From assembly GCA_044344255.1 (NCBI GenBank), contig JBIJDH010000002.1:531400-595399 (forward strand): DNA of 64,000 nt, read 5' to 3'. The notes beneath the pieces were generated by a model. That model was not told the DNA's origin. It saw nothing but the letters and a program-made list of their open reading frames with translations, and made no database searches. The position numbers and the translations under genes were made by a program. Every line of letters begins with the position of its first letter. Positions within the stretch are counted from its first letter, which is position 1. This DNA comes from Myxococcota bacterium (GTDB lineage: Bacteria > Myxococcota_A > UBA796 > UBA2385). Positions 29,848-39,541 of this stretch are shown piece by piece.

Positions 29848-32178
29848 ATGAGATCGGTGCAGTCCAGAGTCTGGTCATGGTTGCCCTTCGTCGGCGCGCT
29901 CGGGCTTTGCTTGGCGGGTGGATCGGCCTCGGGCGCCGATCGAACCGCGGCAGAGCGCCTGAAGCTGTCGGATGACGCCGTCGCCTCCATGGAGGGACGT
30001 GTGACCGGCCTCTCACGAGACTACTCTCAGAGGCGCGGGCTCATCGGCGCGGAGGAGGCCATCACGCGGTACGAGGAAGGGGTCTACGCCTTCCTCATCG
30101 GGGAGTACGAACGATCTGCGATGACCTTCTTTACCATCGTCGAGTCGCAGGCGCTCTCGGAAGCGCCGCTCGCGAGGGACTCGGAGTGGTACCTCGCGGA
30201 GAGCTTGTTCGAGCTGGGTAACTGGACAACGGCGATCAGCGCCTACGATCGGATCATCGGCATTGGGGCTACACACCCCTTCTTCGCTGACTCTGTTCGT
30301 CGTGAGCTGGAGATCTACGGGATCCTTCGGGATAACGAGAAGTTCTACGCATTGTATACGAAGTGGATCCTCTCCGGGAGTGTCCCAGCGACCGACGCAG
30401 TTAAGTACACAGTCGCAAAGAGCTTCTTCCGCCAACACGAGTGGCCTCGTGCAAAGGCGATGATCACCGAGCTAGGCGCAGACAGTGAATACTATGGGCG
30501 GGCTCGATACCTGATGGGCGCCATCCTGGCCGCTGAGGGGGAGTTTCAACAGGCTGCTGCCGAGTTTGAATCCGTCGCTTCGCGCTCTGGGCAAGAAGAT
30601 CCGCGTGTGCTTGAGCAGGCTTGGCTTGCGCTCGGTCGTGTCTACTACGAGCTCGGTCAGTATGGAAAGGCCACCGAGTACTATCAGCGGATTCAGACAG
30701 ACTCTCCGTACTATGCTGATGAACTGTACGAAATTGTGTGGACCTACATCAAGCAGGGGCAGTGGAACGACGCGTTGCGTCAGATCGAAGTCTTCCTTAT
30801 CGTCTACCCGCAGCACGCGTACACGATGCAGCTTCGACTCATCCAGGGCCACTTGTACGTTAAGTCCCGCTCCTTTGATCGTGCGTTGTTCACCTACCAG
30901 ACCGTGGTCGAGACCTACACCCCGCTGAAGGACCAGCTTGCCAAGCTGGAAGCTGGTCGCACCGACTCCGCCGCCTTCTTTCAGCGTTTCGTGGATGAAA
31001 AGGTAGTCCAGGACACTGGAGCAGCGGCTCTTCCTCCCTTCGCCGTCCAGATGTTGGTGAGTCAGCCGGAGATGGGTCGGATGGTTGTGACCACTCGCGA
31101 CCTGGCCCAGCAGAAGGCCGACTTGGATGAGTCCCGGGCGCTGATCCGAGAGATCGAGATCGTCCTCGGTAATTCAGGTTCGTCCTTTGGTTCCTTCGCG
31201 TCTGGACGAGGGCGCTTGTCTCGGGTGCAGGATGATGTGCTGGCTCAGCGTGCCACGCTTCTGACGCTCGAGCTCGACGTCCTCAGCTCGGCGGGTAGCG
31301 AGTCCGTTCGCGGAGAAGTCAAGGTACTTCGCCGTAAGCTGGCCGAGCTGAACAATACAAAGGAGGCAATGCAAGGCGTCGAGAGCGCGCGCTCGGACAG
31401 TTATCAGACACAAGATGATCAAGTTCGCGCGGTGCAAGAGGTCGCGGCTCGGACGCATCGAGAGTCGTCGATGGTGCGGACCGACATCGACCAGCTCCGG
31501 GGGCTGTTGGTCGAGAAGAAGAGCACGTTCAGTTCATCTCAGCTCGCCGACATCGAACGGCAGATCAACGAGCTGCAGACCCGGGTTGAGGGGAACAGCA
31601 ACGCGCTAGATAGGCTGCACGGCGATGGCGTGAGGCGGCGGGTGATGAGCACGGTGACGAAGGAGGCCAGCGGAGCCTCCAGCGATCGGTCGCGCTTGGT
31701 CGACGGTTATGAGCAGCTCCACCAGCGCCTCCGATCTTTGGCTTCGAGCGTCACGGACAGCACCGCGAGCTCGTCGCTCAGCGGAGCCGACGAGCTGTGG
31801 CGCCGGGTCGCCGATGTAGAAGCTCGGGCGATTGACGCCCGCAGGTCGCTTGACTCAGCCGAGAGGGACGAGATCGGACTCCTTCGTCGGCAGCTGGCCG
31901 AACAGACTGCCATCGTCGAAACCCTTGAGAAGCGGCAGGCGAACTCCAGTCGTGGGAATGACGACCTCGCTAGTCGAGTCACGCGAACCAGCTTTGGACG
32001 ACTTGAAGCCCAGCTGTTCGAGAGCATTCAGGACGCTGATGTCGGTGTGGTGGATGTGTTCTGGCTCCGAAAGACGACGGTGACCGATCAGAGCACCATC
32101 CTCACCAAGCAGCGGAGCGCGGAGATGGCCGAGCTGGATGCTGAATTCAATATCATCCGTCAGAAGTTGGAGAACTAG
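29848..32178 (+). CDS. Secreted TPR plus coiled-coil protein (GltC-like)
   Basis: Signal peptide; TPRs (WYLAESLFELG, AWLALGRVYYELG); long heptad region; ADVGVVDVFW near C-terminus. Confidence 0.7.
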   Translation: MRSVQSRVWSWLPFVGALGLCLAGGSASGADRTAAERLKLSDDAVASMEGRVTGLSRDYSQRRGLIGAEEAITRYEEGVYAFLIGEYERSAMTFFTIVESQALSEAPLARDSEWYLAESLFELGNWTTAISAYDRIIGIGATHPFFADSVRRELEIYGILRDNEKFYALYTKWILSGSVPATDAVKYTVAKSFFRQHEWPRAKAMITELGADSEYYGRARYLMGAILAAEGEFQQAAAEFESVASRSGQEDPRVLEQAWLALGRVYYELGQYGKATEYYQRIQTDSPYYADELYEIVWTYIKQGQWNDALRQIEVFLIVYPQHAYTMQLRLIQGHLYVKSRSFDRALFTYQTVVETYTPLKDQLAKLEAGRTDSAAFFQRFVDEKVVQDTGAAALPPFAVQMLVSQPEMGRMVVTTRDLAQQKADLDESRALIREIEIVLGNSGSSFGSFASGRGRLSRVQDDVLAQRATLLTLELDVLSSAGSESVRGEVKVLRRKLAELNNTKEAMQGVESARSDSYQTQDDQVRAVQEVAARTHRESSMVRTDIDQLRGLLVEKKSTFSSSQLADIERQINELQTRVEGNSNALDRLHGDGVRRRVMSTVTKEASGASSDRSRLVDGYEQLHQRLRSLASSVTDSTASSSLSGADELWRRVADVEARAIDARRSLDSAERDEIGLLRRQLAEQTAIVETLEKRQANSSRGNDDLASRVTRTSFGRLEAQLFESIQDADVGVVDVFWLRKTTVTDQSTILTKQRSAEMAELDAEFNIIRQKLEN

Positions 32179-32179
32179 C

Positions 32180-35100
32180 GTGCGCTGGCTGGTCAATCTT
32201 GGACTTTTGGCCCTGCTGGTGCCCCCTGCTGTCGCGGCTGAGCCTGCGGCCGCGGAGTCTGGGGCGCCTGCGGTGGATTCTCCTGACCTGAAGGCTTTTA
32301 AGGAGACGGAGCAACGTTACGTTGAGAGGATGCGCGAGTACAAGGCGGAGGTTCGGTCCTACGTCGCCATTCGCGAGGCCGACGAGCGAGCGCGAGTTGA
32401 GGGGGTATTCAAAGAGCAGGTCACGGCCCTGAAGCTCGACGACCGCTACCTTCGAATCTCGGCTGGCAAGCAGTTCGAAGAGTTCCTCGACAAGTACCCA
32501 AACGCCTCGCACTCGCCCCACGTGATGTTCCGCCTTGCGGAGCTGTATTTTGAGGATGCAGAGGAGAATTGGACCAACAGCTATGGGGAGTATCAGAAGG
32601 CGTTGGACAGCGCCGACGAGGCGGCGCTAGAGCAGCTTCCGGAGGAGCCTAAGAAGGACTATCGTCGGTCGATGGCGATGTACGAGCGCATCTTGAAGGG
32701 GTCTCCAAGCTACGAGTATGTAGACGGTTGTTACTACATGCTTGGGTACTGTCAGTCGGAACCCAACTCGGAGCAGTACAGTGAGGAGGCGGGTCTCCAG
32801 GCGTTCCAGACTTTGATCGAAAAGTATCCGAAGTCGCGCTTTGCTTCTGCTGCACACCTGAGGATCGGAGAATACTACTTCGACACTAACCGTTACCCCG
32901 AGGCCATCCCACACTACAAGGCCGTGGTCGACGCAGAGGGTAGGGACGGCAAGCTGTTTGATCAGGGTCTGTACAAGCTCGGCTGGTCCTACTACAAGAT
33001 GAACGAATACGATCAGGCGCTCGTGTTGCTTGATCAGCTCCTTGTGTGGTCTAGTACCGTCTACATGGACCGCCGAGGCCGAGAGTCGGACATGGCGCCG
33101 GAGGCGATCGAGTACACTGCCATCTCGTTGTCCGATCTCGCGGATCGACGAGACCGGTCTCCGGTAGACGTGGCTCGGGAGTTTTACAAGAAGGCGGGCG
33201 ACCGGACTTTTGAGCCCAAGGTGTACAAGAGGCTCGCAGACGTGCTCACGCAGCAGGCGCGCTACGATGACGCCATCGCGGCGTACCGGGAGATTCAGGT
33301 CCGGTGGCCGAGTGATCCCGAGAATCCTACCTTCCAGTATCGCATCGCCAGCCTGTACATGTCCAAGCCCGCGCCAGAGGTGGACAACGCCAACCAGGCG
33401 ATCTCGCAGCTCACCGAACTGTATAACGATGATGGTCCTTGGTGGCGCGCCAACCGGAACAACCCGGACGCGCTCGCCGTGGCGCGGTCGTACATCGAAC
33501 AATCCCTGCTCGCGGTCGCTGCGCAGCAGCACTCCAAGGCCATCGACACCGGCGATCGGACCGTCTATGCGAAGGCCGCCGACCTTTACGGTCAGTACCT
33601 CCAAAAGTTCCCATTTGCGAAGGACTACTACGAGATCGAGTCCTACCGTGGTGACACGCTCCTTCGGGCTGGACGGTCGGAAGAGGCGGAGAAGGTCTTC
33701 GATCACCTCGCTCGTTCAAGTGGTCACAACTACCAGGAGGCCGCCCTCTGGAACCTGCTGAGCATTCGCCGGGAGCGGATCACCGCGAAGTACGGAGACG
33801 ACAAGGTTGTCCCGTCGGACGCGGTTGTGGCCTCGAAGGAGGTGCTCCCGAGCGGGGCCGAGCGGCCGATCTACGAGCTGGGCCCCCTCCACAAGGCGTT
33901 CGTGGAGACGGCCGATCAGGTCATGGCGATCGACTATAGCTTGGTCGCGAAGCGGATTAAGCAGCAGATTGAAGACTCCAGCTCTCCCCAAGAGAAGGAG
34001 ATCCTGGAGCGGCAACTGGAGGTGGTCAACACCTACGACGAAGGCTTGAAGCAGAATGCACCTGCTTTCGCCTACATCGTCGCGCAGGTGGACTTCGCTC
34101 ATGGGCGCTTTGATGAGGCTCGACCGCGGCTTCAGAAGGTGATCGATCTCTACCCTGAGCGCCAAGAGGCTGAGTTCTCGGCCTACTTGCTGGTGGATAC
34201 CTACACCCGGCAAGAGGACATGGCCAACGTCAGAAAGTACGCGGAGCGATTCGCGAAGCTGAGGCTCGGCCCCCGCACCACCCCCGCACCCGAGGGCTTC
34301 AGCGACCTCGCCGAACGTGCGTCCTTCATCTTGGCTCAGGACCTGATGGACAAGCAGAAGAAGTACGCCGAGGCCGCCACGGCCTTTCAGGACTTCCTCC
34401 GCGACTATCCAAAGTCGAAGTACTACAAGGATGCGCTGTACGATGTTGCGTACAACCTTGAGCGGGCTGGAAAGATTGACGAAGCCAATCGCTGGTACGA
34501 GCGGTACGTCCAAGAGAACCCAGTAGATGAGCGGAGCCGGCCTCTCCTGTTCATCCTCGCCGGAAACTACGCACAGAGCCTCGACCTCGACAAGGCCATC
34601 CGCTACTACGAGGATCTTTACAAGGTGACCCGAGGCAAGGGGATCGCATACTCGGATGCACCTGCTGCACTGTTCAACGCAGGTTTCCTCCGGGTGGGCA
34701 TTGGAGACCATGCCGGCGCTGCGAAGAACTTCGAAAAGTACGCTCGTGAGAATCCGATGATGGCCGACGCCGAGTCCGTGATGTTCTCCGCTGGAGAGCA
34801 GTGGGAGCGGGTGGGCGATTCCGAGGCGGTTCGGTTCTACCGAGAGTATGTGCGCGATTACCCGGAGACCAACCCGAATCACGTCATGGAGGCGCTGTTC
34901 CGCATCGCCTCCACCATCGAGAAGGGAGGAAAGCCGCGGGACGCAGACAAGGCGTGGGCCGACCTCTTCGAGGCGTACCGGCGGCTGCAGCCGTCCGGAC
35001 GTGTCGGCAACGCTGGGCGACACTACGCTGGTATGTCACAGATCCGCGAGTTCTCGGCGGAGGTTGACCAGTACAAGGTCATCAAGTTCTCCGCAGACGA

Positions 35101-35578
35101 CAAGAAGAACGCAGAGCTCCTGGTCGGCGAGAAGAAGGCGAGGCTCATTGAGCTCGACGCGCGCGCGACCTCGATCATCTCGACCTTCCAGGACTTCGAA
35201 GCATCTTCTGCGGCGCTCTACCTGCTCGGGACCGCCTACCTGGCATATGCCGACATGTTGTACGATGCTCCGCCGCCCAAGGGCTTCAACGAAGACATGA
35301 TGGCGATCTATCGGGAAGAGCTCGACAAGAAGCGCCTCCCGGTCGAGGACAAGGGCAAGGCCCGACTTCAAGCCGTGGGCAACCTCTCGGTAGAGAAGAA
35401 GCGCTGGTCTGAGTGGCAGGTAAAGGCGCAGGATTCGTTGAGCAACAAGTATCCGAGCGAGTTCGCCCCGGACAAGCCTGAGCTTCACGCGTCAGGAGAC
35501 AGCGCGGTGGTCCCGATCGCTGGGCCGCTGCCTGTGCTTGAGAAGGCAGAGCCGGCCAAGGCTGGAGGTGCACCGTGA
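32180..35578 (+). CDS. Large periplasmic TPR protein (GltD/AgmU-like)
   Basis: HVMFRLAELYFE, AHLRIGEYYFD, LYKLGWSYYK, WWRAN, DAPPPKGF...YREEL; >1100 aa of TPRs. Confidence 0.78.
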   Translation: MRWLVNLGLLALLVPPAVAAEPAAAESGAPAVDSPDLKAFKETEQRYVERMREYKAEVRSYVAIREADERARVEGVFKEQVTALKLDDRYLRISAGKQFEEFLDKYPNASHSPHVMFRLAELYFEDAEENWTNSYGEYQKALDSADEAALEQLPEEPKKDYRRSMAMYERILKGSPSYEYVDGCYYMLGYCQSEPNSEQYSEEAGLQAFQTLIEKYPKSRFASAAHLRIGEYYFDTNRYPEAIPHYKAVVDAEGRDGKLFDQGLYKLGWSYYKMNEYDQALVLLDQLLVWSSTVYMDRRGRESDMAPEAIEYTAISLSDLADRRDRSPVDVAREFYKKAGDRTFEPKVYKRLADVLTQQARYDDAIAAYREIQVRWPSDPENPTFQYRIASLYMSKPAPEVDNANQAISQLTELYNDDGPWWRANRNNPDALAVARSYIEQSLLAVAAQQHSKAIDTGDRTVYAKAADLYGQYLQKFPFAKDYYEIESYRGDTLLRAGRSEEAEKVFDHLARSSGHNYQEAALWNLLSIRRERITAKYGDDKVVPSDAVVASKEVLPSGAERPIYELGPLHKAFVETADQVMAIDYSLVAKRIKQQIEDSSSPQEKEILERQLEVVNTYDEGLKQNAPAFAYIVAQVDFAHGRFDEARPRLQKVIDLYPERQEAEFSAYLLVDTYTRQEDMANVRKYAERFAKLRLGPRTTPAPEGFSDLAERASFILAQDLMDKQKKYAEAATAFQDFLRDYPKSKYYKDALYDVAYNLERAGKIDEANRWYERYVQENPVDERSRPLLFILAGNYAQSLDLDKAIRYYEDLYKVTRGKGIAYSDAPAALFNAGFLRVGIGDHAGAAKNFEKYARENPMMADAESVMFSAGEQWERVGDSEAVRFYREYVRDYPETNPNHVMEALFRIASTIEKGGKPRDADKAWADLFEAYRRLQPSGRVGNAGRHYAGMSQIREFSAEVDQYKVIKFSADDKKNAELLVGEKKARLIELDARATSIISTFQDFEASSAALYLLGTAYLAYADMLYDAPPPKGFNEDMMAIYREELDKKRLPVEDKGKARLQAVGNLSVEKKRWSEWQVKAQDSLSNKYPSEFAPDKPELHASGDSAVVPIAGPLPVLEKAEPAKAGGAP

Positions 35579-37224
35579 GGCGCATGTCGTCGCTCCTGTT
35601 GGTCGTTGCGCTGGCTGCGTGCGGACCTAAGAAGCCCGCTCCCGGCGTACAACTTCCGTCGCCTCCAACCGCGCCACCGACCGGGATGCCCTCTCCTCCC
35701 CAGCCGGGCGCCCCCGATGCTCCGTCGGCCGCTCCGGCCCCGGCAGAGCTGTCGGTTGGTCAGCAGGTTGAGGAGATCAACGGCCTGCTCGCGGATGGGC
35801 GGACGGCGGACGACGCCCGCGCAGCGCTGGACAGGCTTCGTACGCTGTCCGACAGGTCGCCCGACCTCGCGGTGCTTCACTACAACATGGGTGTGGCTTA
35901 CCTTCGGCTGGGGGATGTGAACAGCGCGCGGAAGTCCTTCTTGCGGACTACGGATATCGATCCGAAGGTCGGAGATGCCTGGTACAACCTGGGCGCCTTG
36001 GCAGAACAGTCGGGTGACTACGATCGGGCATTACGAAGCTACCAGGCGGGGCTGCGGGATGAACCGGACAATGTCCACCTCGCCGCGGGTGAGATCGGTG
36101 TCCTACGAAAGCTGAAGAAGTACTCGGACGCCGAGGCGCGGTCTCGGGACGCAATCCGACGAAACGCCAACAACATTGGTGCTTACAACAACCTTGGGCT
36201 GGTGTACTTGGACCAGGGCAAGGTGGACCTCGCGCAGTTCGTTTACCAGCGCGCGATCAACGTTGTCGAGGGCGCCGTGGACGATGCGTCGATCCATTGC
36301 AACCTCGGTCGGGTCTACCTGACGCAGAAGCACAAGGAGCTCGCGACGGCTGAGTTCGAGGCCGCGCTCGTCATCGACCCCAAGCTGGTCTCCGCGCTGA
36401 TGATGTTGGGTGAGCTTCATCTCCAGGATCACAACTGGGATGCGGCGGTGGTCGCCCTGGAGAAGGCACGTGATCTTGACCCGGAGAACGCTGCCATCCG
36501 GATGAACCTCGGGATCGCGTATCGCGGGCTCAAGCGCTTCGATGAGTCGAAGCGCAGCTACGAGAAGGCGCTCGACCTGAACCCAAGCAACCCGGACCCC
36601 TACCTGAACTTGGGGGTGTTGCTGGGCGATCACATGCAGCTCTTCGATCAGGCTCTGGAGATGATCGAGTCCTACCGCAAGCATGGCGGCTCCCGCCCTG
36701 ATCTGGCCAACACGTGGGAGACCGACCTCAAGAATCGCAAAGAGAAGGCTCGCTTGGCGGAGGATCGGCGGAAGCGGTCGGAGGAGTCCAAGCGGAAGCA
36801 GGAAGAGCGTGAGCGACAGCGTCAAGAGGAAGAGGCCAAGCGCGCGGCGGAGGTCCCGACCCCGCCGCCCGCACCGGAGCCGCTCCCCGCTGCTCCGGAG
36901 GCGCCGCCCCCGGCGCCGGCCCCTGTCGAGGTCGCTCCGCCGTCCAGCCCGCAGCCATCGGAGCCTGTCGCTCCATGGGGCGGCAGCGCCCCGACGAACA
37001 CTCCCACGGAGGTACCGACCGCGGTCGTGGCTCCGCCTGCCGCTCCCCCCGCCGCCCCGGCGGGTTGCCAACAGGACGACCAGTGTCCGACGGGCACGAC
37101 TTGCCAGCAGAACGCCTGCGCCCCGCCGCCCTCTACGCCCGCAGCGGTGCCGTGGGGCACGCCGGCTCCCGCCACGAGCCCGGAGACCGGCAGTGGCACC
37201 ACCGCTACTCCATGGGGTCCCTGA
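35575..37224 (+). CDS. TPR lipoprotein (GltE/AglT-like) with Pro/Cys-rich tail
   Basis: Lipobox LAAC; many TPRs (HYNMGVAY, WYNLGAL, YNNLGLVY, MNLGIAY); GTGA overlap with upstream gene. Confidence 0.78.
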   Translation: MRRMSSLLLVVALAACGPKKPAPGVQLPSPPTAPPTGMPSPPQPGAPDAPSAAPAPAELSVGQQVEEINGLLADGRTADDARAALDRLRTLSDRSPDLAVLHYNMGVAYLRLGDVNSARKSFLRTTDIDPKVGDAWYNLGALAEQSGDYDRALRSYQAGLRDEPDNVHLAAGEIGVLRKLKKYSDAEARSRDAIRRNANNIGAYNNLGLVYLDQGKVDLAQFVYQRAINVVEGAVDDASIHCNLGRVYLTQKHKELATAEFEAALVIDPKLVSALMMLGELHLQDHNWDAAVVALEKARDLDPENAAIRMNLGIAYRGLKRFDESKRSYEKALDLNPSNPDPYLNLGVLLGDHMQLFDQALEMIESYRKHGGSRPDLANTWETDLKNRKEKARLAEDRRKRSEESKRKQEERERQRQEEEAKRAAEVPTPPPAPEPLPAAPEAPPPAPAPVEVAPPSSPQPSEPVAPWGGSAPTNTPTEVPTAVVAPPAAPPAAPAGCQQDDQCPTGTTCQQNACAPPPSTPAAVPWGTPAPATSPETGSGTTATPWGP

Positions 37225-37463
37225 TGCGAGTACGCTCCCACTTCTTCGGTTTTCTGCTCTTCGGACTGCTGGTGCCGGTGTCGGCCTCCGCTCAACAGCG
37301 TCGGAGGGTCACTTACGAGGAGATCGTCATCCAGGGTGAGATCAAGAAGCCGGAGATCACGATCTTCATCACTCGGCAGAATCTTGCGACCGACTATTCC
37401 TTGGAGCTGAGGGAGTCGTTCGTGCCGAAAATTGTGGAGAGCGTTGAAAAGAAGCCCTTCTAG
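37224..37463 (+). CDS. Small secreted protein (GltF/CglF-like)
   Basis: TGATG overlap; signal peptide ending ASA; IVIQGEIKKPE...LRESFVPKIVESVEKKPF. Confidence 0.72.
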   Translation: MRVRSHFFGFLLFGLLVPVSASAQQRRRVTYEEIVIQGEIKKPEITIFITRQNLATDYSLELRESFVPKIVESVEKKPF

Positions 37464-37517
37464 AGAGATAATTCGGCCAAGCGCGTACACCAACGGCCGG
37501 CAATTTCGGAGCTGAGG

Positions 37518-38180
37518 GTGATGGAGCTCCTTGCGGTGGGGATGCAGAAGGGTGGCATCTTCATGTGGCCGATCCTCGCGATCTGCATCCTCGCCATGGC
37601 CATCTGTTGCGAGCGCCTGTACGTCATCGCTTTTCGAGCCGACATGGATGGCGTAGCCTTCATGGCGCAGATTCAGAAGTTCGTGCTTCAAGACAACGTG
37701 GACCGTGCGATTGTCCTCTGCGACGCACAAGGTAGCGCCGCCCTGGCTCGAGTCCTTAAGGCCGGTTTGACGTGCGCAAACGGGAGTGCGCAAGAGATCC
37801 AGGACGCCGTGGACGAAGCGACTCTGGAGGTGTTCCCCACGCTGCAAAAGCGAACCAGCTACCTACCTATGCTCGCGAACGTCTCCACCTTGGTGGGGCT
37901 GCTCGGGACGATTCAAGGCCTGATTCAAGCCTTCGACGCCGTCGCCCACGCATCAGCGGCCACCAAGCAGGCGCTTCTCGCAGAAGGGATTGCGGTAGCG
38001 ATGTACACCACCTTCGGTGGGCTCGTCGTCGCCATACCCACTCTCGTCCTGCACAGCTTCATCTTGTCGCGTACCACCAAGGTGATGGACGACGTGGACC
38101 AATTTTCCCTCCGCGCGGTACATCTGCTCAGCGCGAGGCGACGCGCCCCCGGCCCGGAGAGGGCAGTGGCCCAAGTCTGA
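37518..38180 (+). CDS. MotA/TolQ/ExbB proton-channel protein (AglR-like)
   Basis: GGIFMWPI...ERL, TLVGLLGTIQGLIQAF, GIAVAMYTTFGGLVVAIP. Confidence 0.92.
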   Translation: MMELLAVGMQKGGIFMWPILAICILAMAICCERLYVIAFRADMDGVAFMAQIQKFVLQDNVDRAIVLCDAQGSAALARVLKAGLTCANGSAQEIQDAVDEATLEVFPTLQKRTSYLPMLANVSTLVGLLGTIQGLIQAFDAVAHASAATKQALLAEGIAVAMYTTFGGLVVAIPTLVLHSFILSRTTKVMDDVDQFSLRAVHLLSARRRAPGPERAVAQV

Positions 38181-38211
38181 ACGTCGCCCTGCCCACCACG
38201 AGGCGTCCGCG

Positions 38212-38724
38212 ATGCCCGGTCCTCGCCCGAGACCGTCCTCTACTGAGCTCAACCTGCTACCGATGCTCAACATGATCAGCGTGATCATCCCCTTCTTGAT
38301 CATGGGCGCACAGGTATCCTCTCTGGCTGTAGTAGACGCCCGTGTGGACGAGCCAGGGTTGGAGAGCTCTACCGATGGCAGCACCCCTCGCCGGGTCGCG
38401 GTCACGCTGTCGGTAGGGCGAAGCGGGTTGAGGGTGTCCACCATGGGAGGGGGGGAGGGGATGAGCGCGGACCTCCCTTGCCGCGCAGACGACTGGTGTA
38501 CCGACGCCGATGACTACGACTGGGCGGAGCTCACCGCAGTCCTGGCCCGCGTGAAGGACGTTCACCCTGCCGTTCAAGACCTGCTGCTCGTCCCGGAGGC
38601 CTCGGTTCGGTACGAGATCTTGATCCGGGCCATGGACGCGAGCCGTGAAGACACCTCTAGCCTCGTGGACGGGCGGCCTCGTCGCTTGTTCCCCAGCGTG
38701 ACCATCGCCAGCGAGGAGCCATAG
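38212..38724 (+). CDS. ExbD/TolR-family protein 1 (Asn at the conserved TM Asp position)
   Basis: ELNLLPMLNMISVIIPFL; LLVPEASVRYEILIRAMDASR. Confidence 0.85.
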   Translation: MPGPRPRPSSTELNLLPMLNMISVIIPFLIMGAQVSSLAVVDARVDEPGLESSTDGSTPRRVAVTLSVGRSGLRVSTMGGGEGMSADLPCRADDWCTDADDYDWAELTAVLARVKDVHPAVQDLLLVPEASVRYEILIRAMDASREDTSSLVDGRPRRLFPSVTIASEEP

Positions 38725-38731
38725 GCAACCG

Positions 38732-39277
38732 ATGTCACGGATGAAGTCGAGGCGCCGACTCACCGCTGAGCCCACGCTCAACCTCACTTCCATGATGGAC
38801 ATATTTACCATCATCCTGGTTTTTCTCTTGAGGTCGTTCGCGGAGTCTACGGCACCGGTCTCCGCAAGCCCCGATCTCCGTCTGCCGGTCTCCTCGTCGA
38901 AGGAGTCCATGGCTGCCGTGGTGAGCCTGGTCTTGTCGCGTGACGCGATCCTGGTGGACGGGCTCGCCGTCGTCGACCTCAACCGTAGGCCCGATCCGGA
39001 TCGGGAGGGCGCAGAGCTCTCGGTGATCCCCCCGGAGGAGCTGAGCGGCAACTCGATCCCTCGGCTCTCCGCGCGCCTCAAGGAGAAGCGGAGGTCGCCC
39101 GACCGTCCTTCCGCCGACGGGCCCCCCGGTGGAGCAGCGGTCGCGCCGACCCGCCACGGACGGGTCCTCCTTCAGGTGGACCGGGACATCCCGTTCTCGA
39201 TGGTGCGACAGGTGATGTTTACGGCGGGGCAGGCTGGCTTCGACCAGTTCAGCTTCGCTGTCTACCACTCCAGATGA
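38732..39277 (+). CDS. ExbD/TolR-family protein 2 (AglQ/AglS-like)
   Basis: LNLTSMMDIFTIILVFLLRSF; LQVDRDIPFSMVRQVMFTAGQAGF. Confidence 0.87.
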   Translation: MSRMKSRRRLTAEPTLNLTSMMDIFTIILVFLLRSFAESTAPVSASPDLRLPVSSSKESMAAVVSLVLSRDAILVDGLAVVDLNRRPDPDREGAELSVIPPEELSGNSIPRLSARLKEKRRSPDRPSADGPPGGAAVAPTRHGRVLLQVDRDIPFSMVRQVMFTAGQAGFDQFSFAVYHSR

Positions 39278-39541
39278 GCTTGGATGGCCCCCGATCCAGC
39301 CCGGACACCTTGCCTCCCCACCCAAGGCCGGTCTATGCTTGTGACAGCACTTGGAACCTCCCGTGGGAGTTGGTGAGCCGCGTCCAGCCTGACGATCGCA
39401 GAACAAAAGTTTTGCGAACCAACCGGGGGCTGGGGTGTCGATTGGCCTACGTCAGGGGATTACCGGTGAGAAGCATCGTCCGCGCTGGGTGGCCGTGGAT
39501 TCTCCCACGCCGCGTTCGCCTGGGGCAGAGGTAAGGGGCAG

